Assembly (NCBI GenBank): GCA_034933245.1
Contig: JAYFNX010000016.1
Span: 4,005 to 68,004 of the forward strand
DNA from: Candidatus Pelethousia sp.
GTDB lineage: Bacteria; Bacillota; Clostridia; Christensenellales; CAG-138
Reading direction: 5' to 3'
DNA: 64,000 nt
The notes below the pieces were generated by a model, which did not search any database, was not told the DNA's origin, and was given only the letters and a program-made list of their open reading frames with translations. Both the position numbers and the translations under genes were made by a program. Within the stretch, counting starts at the first letter, position 1, and each line of letters begins with the position of its first letter. Shown here piece after piece: positions 56,017 through 64,000 of the stretch.

Positions 56017-57165
56017 TTAGACTCCGCCCAAAGCCATCACCAGGCCCATGGTCAGCACATACATGAGGGCAACCGCCGCTACGCATGCGAACATATAGCG
56101 GCAAATATCCGCCAAATCGTTGAGCATTTTAGGCATTCTTTCATCGGAAATCTGGGCGCACAGGGCGGCAGTGATTCGAAAAGCCAGGTTCATTCCCGCC
56201 AGCCGAAGCAACGGTGTTAGGACTGTGCCCAAAGCGATGAGGACAGCTCCCACGCCCGCCGCATTTTTAATGAGCAAGGTGCAGCCCCGCACGCTGTCCA
56301 GGCTGCCCGCCACCACGCCTCCCACCAAGGGAAGAGATTTATCCAGCGCGTATTTCATGGTGCGAAAGCTAATGCTGTCCACCCCGCCCACGCTCATGCC
56401 CCGCAGGGCCATGCTTCCCAAAAAAACCGTGGTGATTCCTCCTATCATCCATTTGGAAAAGGATTTGATCGTAGCAGCGATATGTTCCATCTGCTTACGG
56501 CCTGTCAGCCCGCCCACAATATGCAGCACCCCGGCGCTCATGACGGCGGGCAACAGAACGCTCTGCACAGTTTTGGCCACCGTGCCGCTCAAAAATATAA
56601 AAAGCGGCTGTGCCATTCCGGCGGATGCTGTGGCGCCCACCGCCGCCAGCAGCGTAACCAGCAGGGGAGAAAGCGCCTCCAACAATTTGCATATATCCTC
56701 CACCGCTCCCGCGGCTAAGGATAACTGCGCGGCCATCACGCCGCTTAGGGCCGCCACGCAAACCCCATAGCACAGGAATGTGGCAATCTCCTTTATATTT
56801 CCTTGCCCTTCTCCCAGCATCACATCCAATAACCCGATTAAAAGGGCCACGCCAATGATGGTCCCCAGGCTGCCGATGCCTTGCCGTATCGCCGATATGG
56901 CCGCTTCCCAAAGGCCTTTAAGCAAGCCTTCTCCCAAATTCCCTTCCCCCAAGGCATAGCTGGAAATCAGCTCGTGTGCGCTCTCATATCCCCAAAGCGA
57001 ACGTACATCCACGGGCAGGCTTCCATAGCTCTCTTGCCAGGCGCTTAAATCGTATTGCCCTAAGGTGGAGCGTACGGCATCAACCAATTCGTCTTCCAGG
57101 GCATACGCCGAGGCGGGGCGAAAAACGGCGAGGATAAAAATTATGAAAACGAAAATCCGTTTCAT
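56017..57165 (-). CDS. spoIIIAE: Stage III sporulation protein AE
   Basis: Signal peptide then a polytopic membrane domain. ATG at 57165 overlaps the spoIIIAD stop. The Gly/Arg-rich extension in the track is an artefact. Confidence 0.88.
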   Translation of the reverse strand: MKRIFVFIIFILAVFRPASAYALEDELVDAVRSTLGQYDLSAWQESYGSLPVDVRSLWGYESAHELISSYALGEGNLGEGLLKGLWEAAISAIRQGIGSLGTIIGVALLIGLLDVMLGEGQGNIKEIATFLCYGVCVAALSGVMAAQLSLAAGAVEDICKLLEALSPLLVTLLAAVGATASAGMAQPLFIFLSGTVAKTVQSVLLPAVMSAGVLHIVGGLTGRKQMEHIAATIKSFSKWMIGGITTVFLGSMALRGMSVGGVDSISFRTMKYALDKSLPLVGGVVAGSLDSVRGCTLLIKNAAGVGAVLIALGTVLTPLLRLAGMNLAFRITAALCAQISDERMPKMLNDLADICRYMFACVAAVALMYVLTMGLVMALGGV

Positions 57166-57554
57166 GGTTTTTGTAGCAAGCCTGTCAAAAGGCTCAGCAC
57201 GGCCATAAGCGCGGGCAGGGCCACCGCAACGATGAGCACCCGGCCCGCCAACTCCACCTTGGAAGCCACGGCCCCTTCCCCGGCATCCCGACATGCTTCT
57301 GCGGCAAATTGAACGACATATGCAATGCCAATGACTTTGAATACCAGCTTGAGCTGGTTCGCCCCCAATCCAAAGCGAGCGGCTATGCCGTCTACGGCCT
57401 GGCGGATTGCGGCGATGTCCGAAAGGGCGTAGGTCAGGATAAAAAGGCAGGCGACCACGCTAAGCTGCAAGGCCATCTCGGGCCGGTAGGCCCGAAGCAC
57501 CACCACCGCCGACACAGCGAGCAACGCAATTCCTACCAGCTTAAAGACCGTCAT
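57162..57554 (-). CDS. spoIIIAD: Stage III sporulation protein AD
   Basis: 130-aa four-TM protein with the conserved order AC-AD-AE. Confidence 0.88.
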   Translation of the reverse strand: MTVFKLVGIALLAVSAVVVLRAYRPEMALQLSVVACLFILTYALSDIAAIRQAVDGIAARFGLGANQLKLVFKVIGIAYVVQFAAEACRDAGEGAVASKVELAGRVLIVAVALPALMAVLSLLTGLLQKP

Positions 57555-57556
57555 AG

Positions 57557-57754
57557 CTAGTATAAGCCGAAGATCCGCTTCACCTCATTGAAGAGGGAGC
57601 CGATCTCGCCCACCACCATGCTCAACACGAGAATAAGCCCCATGAGGGCTGCCAGCATGGCGATATCATCCCGGCCCGTCTGCTTGAGCAATTGGCAAAT
57701 TACAGCTACCAGCATGCCGATTCCCGCAATTTTCAGAATGATGTCAATTCCCAT
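57557..57754 (-). CDS. spoIIIAC: Stage III sporulation protein AC
   Basis: 65-aa two-TM protein (ILKIAGIGMLVAVICQLLKQTGRDD). Confidence 0.88.
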   Translation of the reverse strand: MGIDIILKIAGIGMLVAVICQLLKQTGRDDIAMLAALMGLILVLSMVVGEIGSLFNEVKRIFGLY

Positions 57755-57775
57755 CGTACCGTACCTTAATCCTTT

Positions 57776-58276
57776 TCATATGATGAAGATGGCAGCCGCC
57801 AAACCAAAAAGCAGGCCCAGTGTGCCATAGAGACTTCCCTTCTTCGTCTGCTCTTCCCGGAGGATATCCCGCCGCCTTGCCGTTTCCCGAAGGATGTGGG
57901 CGGATGCTTGTTTGCGCCCTGCTCCATCCGGCGAGGCCAATGCATCTCCCAGGCCTTGCAGCAACGTTCTATCTTCCGCCAGCAGTCCGTAGGGCGGGCT
58001 TTTCACCAAGGCCGCACGCCAAGCTTCCTCCGCTCCTTTTTCCGCCAGATCCGCCCCAAAAGCAGTCCAAAATCCTGTGAGAATGGTTTTTTTCTCTCCC
58101 ATGGCCGCTGCCAGGCGGCTTAAAGGCAACGCTTCGTAATCCATGCGAAGCAGGAGCCGGGAGGTTTCTTCCACGAAAGCGGAAAGGGAAGCGGTTCGTG
58201 CGGAAAGGGCGTATGCCTTTGCGTAGCCCAGGAAAACGGAAAGGGCCACCAAGCCAAGCGCCAAAAAAAGCCTCAT
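57776..58276 (-). CDS. spoIIIAB: Stage III sporulation protein AB
   Basis: 166 aa with TMs at the N- and C-termini. ATGA overlap with spoIIIAA. Confidence 0.8.
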   Translation of the reverse strand: MRLFLALGLVALSVFLGYAKAYALSARTASLSAFVEETSRLLLRMDYEALPLSRLAAAMGEKKTILTGFWTAFGADLAEKGAEEAWRAALVKSPPYGLLAEDRTLLQGLGDALASPDGAGRKQASAHILRETARRRDILREEQTKKGSLYGTLGLLFGLAAAIFII

Positions 58277-59154
58277 AATCCCTCCTCCGCCCTATATACC
58301 GTTTCCAGCTTGGGAGCGGCCCCGGCCACACGCCGCAGGGCAATCACCCGTTCAAAGCAGCCCGCTTCCACCAGGGCATAGATTTCAGGACGGCGCCGTA
58401 GTTCCTCCAGGGAAGCGGCATGGGCGCTGGCCACAACCCGCACGCCGCAGCCGGATGCATCCAGCACGGCCCTGGCATCCTCCTCTCCAGCAAGTTCATC
58501 GGTTACCAACACCTGGGGAGCCATCCCACGAAGAAGCAACTTCAAAGCCTTGGCTTTCTTGCAGCCTTCCAGCACATCCGTACAGGGCCCGACATCCAAG
58601 GTTGGAACGCCTGCGTCGCATCCCGCCAACTCCCGCCGTTCATCCGCAATGCACACCGTTATGCCACGCTCGGAAAGCTGCCGGGCCGCATCCCGAAGCA
58701 AGGTGGTTTTACCGGCGCCGGGCGGAGAGATCAGCAGTGCGCTTTTCGGTCCATCCATCCCCCATAAAACCTGCATCAACCCATCCGCGCAGCCAAGAAT
58801 TTCTCTTGCGAGCCGGATGTTAAACCCCATGGGCGCTACTAGATGAGGTTCCGTTTGGGTTCCCGCCATACGCCCCGTAAGCCCCACCCGAAACCCGCCC
58901 GGCAACGTCATATAACACGCAGTCAGTTCCTCACTATAGGCATATAGGGATTGGCGGCAAAGCCGAAGCAGCACCTGACGGCAGTCCTCTGCATCCGGTG
59001 TCCAGCGGAAGATCAAATTGCGACGCCCTAGAATCCGCGTTGGCCTGCCTACACGTATGCGCAGCTCTTCCGCCCCTTCCAGGCCCGTTTCCCGCAACTC
59101 TCGGGTTAGATCTCCCGGGAGCAGCGGTAGCAAATACCGTTCCCAGTTCTCCAT
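58273..59154 (-). CDS. spoIIIAA: Stage III sporulation protein AA (secretion-type ATPase)
   Basis: Walker A SPPGAGKTT and Walker B VLVTDE. First gene of the operon. Confidence 0.88.
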   Translation of the reverse strand: MENWERYLLPLLPGDLTRELRETGLEGAEELRIRVGRPTRILGRRNLIFRWTPDAEDCRQVLLRLCRQSLYAYSEELTACYMTLPGGFRVGLTGRMAGTQTEPHLVAPMGFNIRLAREILGCADGLMQVLWGMDGPKSALLISPPGAGKTTLLRDAARQLSERGITVCIADERRELAGCDAGVPTLDVGPCTDVLEGCKKAKALKLLLRGMAPQVLVTDELAGEEDARAVLDASGCGVRVVASAHAASLEELRRRPEIYALVEAGCFERVIALRRVAGAAPKLETVYRAEEGL

Positions 59155-59234
59155 CGCTGCCTGTCCTCCTTTGTTGTGTTATATGTGTATGTAGGATGCT
59201 TTATGATTAGCACAGCATGATCTTTGGCAAAAGG

Positions 59235-59265
59235 AAAAAGCGCGCCGTATGGGCGCGCCGTTTTC
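59235..59265. terminator. Bidirectional GC-rich terminator upstream of the spoIIIA promoter region
   Basis: AAAAA-GCGCGCC-GTATG-GGCGCGC-CGTTTT. On the - strand it follows the stop of the 59299-59883 gene. Confidence 0.7.
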
Positions 59266-59298
59266 CTAAAAATGATCCGAACCACTTTCCCTATAGAA

Positions 59299-59883
59299 TT
59301 ATCCTTGTTCCCCGGGCATATCCTTGCGTTTTGCCGATGTATACATGCAAAGCAGCACGCTCCCAAAGCAGAGCGCGCTCATCTGGGCATCCCGCAAGGC
59401 CACCTGTCCAAAATCCATGACCACATAGCTGCCCGTAACCAAGGCAAAGCATGTTGAAAGAATCGCACAAACAAGGGGTATGGCGGCTGCTACCGCCAGC
59501 GCGGTTTTGGGCGTATCCGCAAGGGCCGCGGCGGATGCCCCCGCAATAAATCCTGTAAGTACGCCACTTTGCGCACCCGCAAAAAAGCCGGCTTTCTCCG
59601 CGCCAAAGGCCACGAGGGAAAATGCTGCCAACGCACAGGGAACGCCGCCCCGAATTGCTTCGGTTCTGGCCCACAACGCCAGCGCTAAAGGCATAAAAAC
59701 AGCGCAGAGATTAAAGCGCGTCTCGGGATTTGGCGAAAAATCAAAACGGGATAGGGCCAACATGCTCAAAGCAAAAAAGGCCGTTTGAAATCGGCCTAGG
59801 GCAACTATAGGTTGAAACGGTTTCAGCCCTCCTGTTAGGCTGAGAACCAGGACGCAAAGCAGAAGCGCGGTATAAAGTTGCAT
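59299..59883 (-). CDS. Hypothetical polytopic membrane protein (194 aa)
   Basis: About 6 Ala/Gly-rich hydrophobic segments. No family recognised. Confidence 0.5.
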   Translation of the reverse strand: MQLYTALLLCVLVLSLTGGLKPFQPIVALGRFQTAFFALSMLALSRFDFSPNPETRFNLCAVFMPLALALWARTEAIRGGVPCALAAFSLVAFGAEKAGFFAGAQSGVLTGFIAGASAAALADTPKTALAVAAAIPLVCAILSTCFALVTGSYVVMDFGQVALRDAQMSALCFGSVLLCMYTSAKRKDMPGEQG

Positions 59884-59960
59884 AAAAAACCTTCTTCATA
59901 AGGAGTGTTCTTAAGATACCCCATACGAAGAAGGTATAAGCCCGTCAATATCTGGCAGAT

Positions 59961-60824
59961 TCAGCGGAGCTGGATAAATGCGGCCATAGAGCCTGTAACG
60001 CCTTGATCCCGCCTGTGTGAAAAGAAATGCACCGGGGTTTCATAGGTGCAAGCATCCATGAGCGTGATATGCTCCGGCTGAATGCCTGCGCGTAAGAACT
60101 GAATTGCCGAACACATGGGCAAATCTACATATGCCTTTCCCGGCCGACCTAGGCGTTTGAGGGAAGGCTCCGCAAACACCGCTACAAACTGGTCGGCCAG
60201 CGGCTCGTCCACCTCAAAGCATTTAGGACAAATGCAGGGGCCCGCCGCAGCCAGAATATCCGCCGGTTTGGCTCCATACTCCCACTCCATGGCCCGTGCC
60301 ATTACCAAGCCGATTTGTTCTAAGGTCCCCTTCCAGCCCGCATGCGCCATCCCGATGGAACGTGTTTCGGGATCATATAGGAAAAAGGCGCCGCAGTCCG
60401 CATGGGATGTAACCAATGCGACGGCAGGATCGTTGGTTATAATCCCGTCGCAAAAGGGAAGCGGCGGCTTATCAAACCCACGGCCTCGGTGGGAAGCGTC
60501 CAGTCGGAGAACCACAGCCCCATGCGCATGGTTAACGATGGCCATATCCGCATAGGAAATCCCGGCGCCTTGGGAAAAACGATGATAGTTTTCCAAAACG
60601 TCCGCCTCGCAGCCTTCCTTGGACCAGTGCAGGTTTAAGGAAGCGAACGGGCCTTGGCTCACGCCGCCCTCCCGGGTGGAAAAGCCGTGCGCAAGGCCGG
60701 GCAACAAAAGGGAAGGCGCCTTGTAAAAGCCCGTTTCTCCTATTTTTTCGTAAAGAAAGCCATGCTGAAACCGCGCGGCTTTCGCTACATAATCCACGAT
60801 TCGATCCTTCATCTTATTTTTCAT
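59961..60824 (-). CDS. pgeF: YfiH/PgeF (DUF152, laccase-domain) family protein
   Basis: [52 protein letters not shown]. Confidence 0.88.
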   Translation of the reverse strand: MKNKMKDRIVDYVAKAARFQHGFLYEKIGETGFYKAPSLLLPGLAHGFSTREGGVSQGPFASLNLHWSKEGCEADVLENYHRFSQGAGISYADMAIVNHAHGAVVLRLDASHRGRGFDKPPLPFCDGIITNDPAVALVTSHADCGAFFLYDPETRSIGMAHAGWKGTLEQIGLVMARAMEWEYGAKPADILAAAGPCICPKCFEVDEPLADQFVAVFAEPSLKRLGRPGKAYVDLPMCSAIQFLRAGIQPEHITLMDACTYETPVHFFSHRRDQGVTGSMAAFIQLR

Positions 60825-61269
60825 CCAAAAGCAATTTCAGTTCATCCATAAACGTGCTGATATCTTTAAACTGGCGATAGACAGAGGCGAAGCGAACATA
60901 AGCCACCTCGTCCAAATCTTTGAGCCGCCGAATCACCATTTCGCCGATTGAACTGCTGGGTATTTCTTGTTCAAGGGAATTAAACACTTCCCGAACCACA
61001 TCATCCACCAGCAACTCCTGCTCCACGGAGGATACGGGGCGTTTTTCACAAGCTTTTCTCACGCCGGCCAGAATCTTTTCGCTATCAAAAGGTTCGCGAC
61101 TTCCATCCTTTTTTACCACCATAATCGGGATTTCTTCAATTTTCTCATAAGTGGTAAACCGTTTGCCGCAATTAATGCATTCCCGCCTGCGCCGAATGGA
61201 GGTGCCGTCATCTGTGGGCCTGGAATCGACTACCTTGCTCTCTGTGCTCAAACAATAGCGACATTTCAT
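60814..61269 (-). CDS. nrdR: Transcriptional repressor NrdR
   Basis: Zn ribbon [18 protein letters not shown] plus an ATP-cone. ATG at 61269. Confidence 0.93.
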   Translation of the reverse strand: MKCRYCLSTESKVVDSRPTDDGTSIRRRRECINCGKRFTTYEKIEEIPIMVVKKDGSREPFDSEKILAGVRKACEKRPVSSVEQELLVDDVVREVFNSLEQEIPSSSIGEMVIRRLKDLDEVAYVRFASVYRQFKDISTFMDELKLLLDEK

Positions 61270-61365
61270 GAAGGTGCCTCCTGTATGCATAGATATGAAA
61301 GAATGTCCTACTGTATTTATGATATCACATGCACACTATCTTTTCCAGTTCCCGTAAAATTTAAT

Positions 61366-61608
61366 TTACAGCATAATATCTACCAATATAACATCCCCGC
61401 CAATTTTGGTAATCCGGTTAAAGGGAATTACCAATTCCTCATCGCTACGGAACAAGCCGAAAAACCGGGGGGGCCCCGGCACAACAATGGAGCGGATAAG
61501 CCCTGAGCAAGCATCTATCTCAAAATCGCAAATGCAGCCCAGCCGAGCCCCGTCCCGCATATTGATCACTTCTTTTCGCCGAAGCTCGCAAAAATTTGTC
61601 ATGGCCAT
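61366..61608 (-). CDS. YlmC/YmxH family sporulation protein (PRC barrel)
   Basis: FCELRRKEVINMRDGARLGCICDFEID...IVVPG pattern. GGAGGTG RBS. Confidence 0.85.
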   Translation of the reverse strand: MAMTNFCELRRKEVINMRDGARLGCICDFEIDACSGLIRSIVVPGPPRFFGLFRSDEELVIPFNRITKIGGDVILVDIML

Positions 61609-61670
61609 CCGTCTTCACCTCCCTATATCCTATGCGGCTAAACGCAAACGCATCCACTTTGGGAGAATGG

Positions 61671-61696
61671 AAAAAGCCCGCCGGATTATGGCGGGC
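61671..61696 (-). terminator. Rho-independent terminator about 100 nt downstream of rpsU
   Basis: The - strand reads GCCCGCC-AUAAUCC-GGCGGGC followed by UUUUU. Confidence 0.75.
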
Positions 61697-61797
61697 CACA
61701 TTTCTACATGCTGTTTGATTTTGCTTGCGATCTCGGCTGCTTATCCGGGAAGGACGGAACGAATAATCCCGAATATGTTGGACGCTGAAAGCTTGGG

Positions 61798-61968
61798 CTA
61801 ATACTTACGCTTCCGGGCCGCTTCAGCCTTTTTCTTACGTTTTACGCTGGGCTTCTCATAATGTTCACGCCGACGGACTTCGGCCAAAACGCCGCTACGG
61901 GCGCACTTGCGCTTAAACCGCTTGAGAGCACTCTCCAGAGACTCGTTTTCACCTACGCGAATTTCCAA
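61798..61968 (-). CDS. rpsU: 30S ribosomal protein S21
   Basis: (M)[49 protein letters not shown] at 61968 with GAGGGGAGGGG upstream gives the canonical ~56-aa length. The track ATG at 61998 adds 10 unlikely residues. Confidence 0.88.
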   Translation of the reverse strand: MEIRVGENESLESALKRFKRKCARSGVLAEVRRREHYEKPSVKRKKKAEAARKRKY

Positions 61969-62039
61969 ATCTTTCCCCTCCCCTCTCCGTTGCAGCATGG
62001 CAACCTTTACCGCTTAGAAGCAGAAATCAAACACAACAT

Positions 62040-62068
62040 ATTATACTGGAATTGCTCTTTTTAGTCAA
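62040..62068 (-). promoter_or_regulatory. Sigma-A promoter for rpsU
   Basis: On the - strand, TTGACT (62068-62063), 17-nt spacer, TATAAT (62045-62040). Confidence 0.7.
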
Positions 62069-62083
62069 CCACCAACCACGAAT

Positions 62084-63139
62084 TTAGCCTGCATAGCGGA
62101 TATCAATCCCGCCCAAAACCACATTCCCCGTTATGGTAAGGGTGGCCGTAGGGTTGGAAGGCGCGCCATGAATATCTACGCCCCCCATTGTACAGCTGGC
62201 TCGATTATCGACCCGGATATACGGAGGAAGGTAGATGGAGCAGCCCGCCAATACCACATGCACATTGAGTACGGCAGCCCCTTTTTCTCCCAAGGATTTC
62301 ACCTGGGAAAGGTCCATTTCTCCACCGGCGAACACAAGGTTTAGATCGCCGCCATTCAATTTTTCGGATTTTATACGGCGGGTTGCTTCTGCAAACGTCG
62401 CGTGGACGTCCAAAAAGCCCTCCTCCTCACTATATTCTATGGATTCCGCTCTGTTCTTGCAGCATCTAGGCCGGTTTTCGCGCCAGCGGCTTCGGCAACG
62501 AAAACGGCCGATCAAAATCGTTAACCCAAGCAGAACCAGCCCGATTGGCCAGATAAGGTTCCAATCCAGCGCAAAAGGCAACGGCTGCCCTAGGTTGTGC
62601 AAAAGATAATAAAAGCCGACAAAAGCCACGCCCAAGCCAAGAGGGGCGATCTCTTGGACAAACCACGCCACGCCCAAGCCAAGCACTACCGCAGGCCATA
62701 CGATATCCCATACGCTGGGGGTCAGGCCAAAGTAACGGCACAGCAGAAAAAGGGCGCCCAAGCCAATGAGAAGCAGGGCAAAGCCCAATCCATGAAGACC
62801 CTGCCGGCCATGCTTTTCCTCCGCTTCTTCCCTGCATTGCGAGGCGCAAAACGTGTCCTGTTCAGCATTTTCGTCGAAAGCATCCTGCTTATTCTGGCCT
62901 TGGGGCAGTTCAGCTTCCGGCGGTCTGTCAATCCCAAGCAAATCATCCACCGTCACATTAAATAAAGAAGCGAGGAGGGGCAGCGTGGAAATATCGGGGC
63001 AGGATATATCGTTTTCCCACTTGCTCACCGCTTGGGGGGAAATGCCCAATTTTTCTGCCAACTGCTCTTGGGTAAGGCCGGCCTCCTTACGCAAGGCTAC
63101 AATTTTTTTACCGATGGTCATAGTATTGATCTGCTCCAT
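62084..63139 (-). CDS. Membrane-tethered XRE-family HTH regulator with a LiaF-like C-terminal domain
   Basis: N-terminal HTH (IGKKIVALRKEAGLTQEQLAEKLGISPQAVSKWEN), about 4 TMs, C-terminal beta-rich domain (LNLVFAGGEMDL...VLNVHVVLAGCSIYLP). Start at 63139 or 63121. Confidence 0.75.
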   Translation of the reverse strand: MEQINTMTIGKKIVALRKEAGLTQEQLAEKLGISPQAVSKWENDISCPDISTLPLLASLFNVTVDDLLGIDRPPEAELPQGQNKQDAFDENAEQDTFCASQCREEAEEKHGRQGLHGLGFALLLIGLGALFLLCRYFGLTPSVWDIVWPAVVLGLGVAWFVQEIAPLGLGVAFVGFYYLLHNLGQPLPFALDWNLIWPIGLVLLGLTILIGRFRCRSRWRENRPRCCKNRAESIEYSEEEGFLDVHATFAEATRRIKSEKLNGGDLNLVFAGGEMDLSQVKSLGEKGAAVLNVHVVLAGCSIYLPPYIRVDNRASCTMGGVDIHGAPSNPTATLTITGNVVLGGIDIRYAG

Positions 63140-63420
63140 ATTTATTTCGTCCTTTCTCGCACTGGCCATTGCTTTTTCTCTGGATCGGATTATCCCATGA
63201 CCGATTCCAAAAAGCTATCAAACATTTGGCGAACCGTCTTCTCAACCGGTGGTTGGGTCTGCAACCGGCAGTTGATTTTTGTGCGATCGGGATGGTGAAA
63301 CCAGTATATCACGGCATTTTTTTGCAGGCAACGCCCAGCAAGGTCCAAATGCTTGCCCGGGGCGCAAAAATGGATTAATATAAGAGGGATCAAGCATGAA
63401 AGAAAAGGAAACGAATGCAC

Positions 63421-64000
63421 ATGAAGTGGACGGAGATAACCGTATTTACCACCGAGGAAGGGCTGGACGCAGTATGTGGCCGTCTTTCAACCCTGGGCAT
63501 CGACCAGGTTCAAATTGAACAGGGGCGGGATAGCATCGCCCAGTTTTTGCGTGATACGGCAAAATACTGGGACTATGCCGATTTGGATGCGCTGGTAACA
63601 GGAGAAGAACCCTGCGTAAGGGCCTACTTGGCGAATGTATCGGACAATGGAGCTTTGGTGGATTCCATCCTGGCTTCCTTTGACGAACTGCGGCATATGG
63701 ATGTGGGGTTGGATTTGGGAAGCCTTCGGATGGTGGTTCGATTGACGGATGAGGAGGACTGGGCCAATAACTGGAAAGTCTATTATAAACCCCTGCCGAT
63801 TGGGGAGCGGCTTTTGGTATGCCCAAGCTGGGAGCATATAGATTCTCAAGGGCGGGTGCTCCTTTCCTTGGACCCCGGTATGGCGTTTGGCACGGGGGGC
63901 CACCACACCACCCGGATGTGCCTGGAATATTTGGAACAGCGCGTGCAGGACGGAGATGTTGTGTTGGATCTTGGATGCGGCAGCGGTATTCTTTCCATCG
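63421..64000 (+). CDS. prmA: Ribosomal protein L11 methyltransferase PrmA (3' end beyond window)
   Basis: Hand translation from the ATG at 63421 gives MKWTEITVFTTEEGLDAVCGRL...DWANNWKVYYKPLPIGERLLVCPSWE...LDPGMAFGTGGHHTTRMCLE...VLDLGCGSGILSI. Not in the ORF track because it has no stop in the window. Confidence 0.9.
   Translation, partial: MKWTEITVFTTEEGLDAVCGRLSTLGIDQVQIEQGRDSIAQFLRDTAKYWDYADLDALVTGEEPCVRAYLANVSDNGALVDSILASFDELRHMDVGLDLGSLRMVVRLTDEEDWANNWKVYYKPLPIGERLLVCPSWEHIDSQGRVLLSLDPGMAFGTGGHHTTRMCLEYLEQRVQDGDVVLDLGCGSGILSI

Noticed and set aside
56017-57294. N-terminal extensions in several track ORFs. Examples are the Gly/Arg-rich 43 aa on SpoIIIAE, and extra residues on LexA, NadK, TlyA, ScpA, SpoIIIAG, NrdR, PgsA and MiaA.
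   Set aside because: These extensions overlap the upstream gene, often begin at non-ATG codons, lack an RBS, and precede an internal Met that has a good SD and the canonical family N-terminus. The starts were moved accordingly.
59155-59234. A confident sigma-E promoter call for spoIIIA, based on CATACACAT and TCATAAA.
   Set aside because: The two elements are only about 8 nt apart, while the consensus spacing is about 14 nt. No better -35 was found, so no promoter feature is reported.
61291-61365. An NrdR box upstream of nrdR (GATATCACATGCACACTATC).
   Set aside because: It is only weakly palindromic and does not match the ACACwAtATaTwGTGT-type consensus well enough to call.
63169-63420. Short ORFs (69 aa on +, 76 aa on -) in the XRE/prmA divergent intergenic region.
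   Set aside because: They have no RBS, odd composition and overlapping frames. The region is more likely promoter and leader sequence for the two divergent genes.

Overview
The window is a contiguous chromosomal segment from an endospore-forming Firmicute, most likely a Clostridia-type organism. Evidence for that placement: an IspH-S1 fusion protein, the spoIIIA operon, spoIVB, spo0A, spoIIM, ytfIJ, and a Na+-translocating decarboxylase operon. Coding density is very high. Genes at 1-6237 run on the + strand (mutS, mutL, miaA, hfq, ynbB-like). From 6234 to 63139, about 57 kb, every protein gene but one is on the - strand. This block runs lexA, tyrosine recombinase, rnhA, P-type ATPase, dipeptidase, rny, recA, cinA, pgsA, rimO, ftsK, ispH/rpsA, plsC, cmk, and a flavoprotein. 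It continues with rpiR, surE, oadGBA plus a biotin carrier, rluB, dacB, ytfJ, ytfI, scpBA, an M50 protease, a PBP-like protein, deoB, spoIIM, spo0A, spoIVB, and recN. It ends with argR, nadK, tlyA, dxs, ispA, xseBA, folD, a TsaD-like protein, nusB, the asp23 operon, spoIIIAH-AA, pgeF, nrdR, ylmC, rpsU, and an XRE regulator. prmA starts on the + strand at 63421 and runs off the end. One tRNA-Trp is present. I saw no rRNA, CRISPR array, transposase or prophage block. The segment spoIIIA..asp23-nusB-folD-xseAB-ispA-dxs-tlyA-argR-recN-spoIVB-spo0A matches the classical Bacillus subtilis order, so this is core genome rather than an accessory island. I found no convincing new multi-gene system. The best leads are: (1) a 349-aa tyrosine recombinase with a perfect 18-4-18 palindrome just upstream of its start codon, beside lexA (a possible single-recombinase dif/lox-like module); (2) a Cys-rich acidic ORF divergent from lexA that shares its SOS box; (3) a structured, terminator-containing leader ahead of the P-type ATPase; (4) remodelled sporulation components, namely Spo0A with substituted receiver-pocket residues, a 58-aa SpoIIIAF absent from the ORF track, and a PBP5 paralog with three degenerate active-site motifs. 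All functional calls come from reading motifs in the supplied translations and from synteny. No database search was run.
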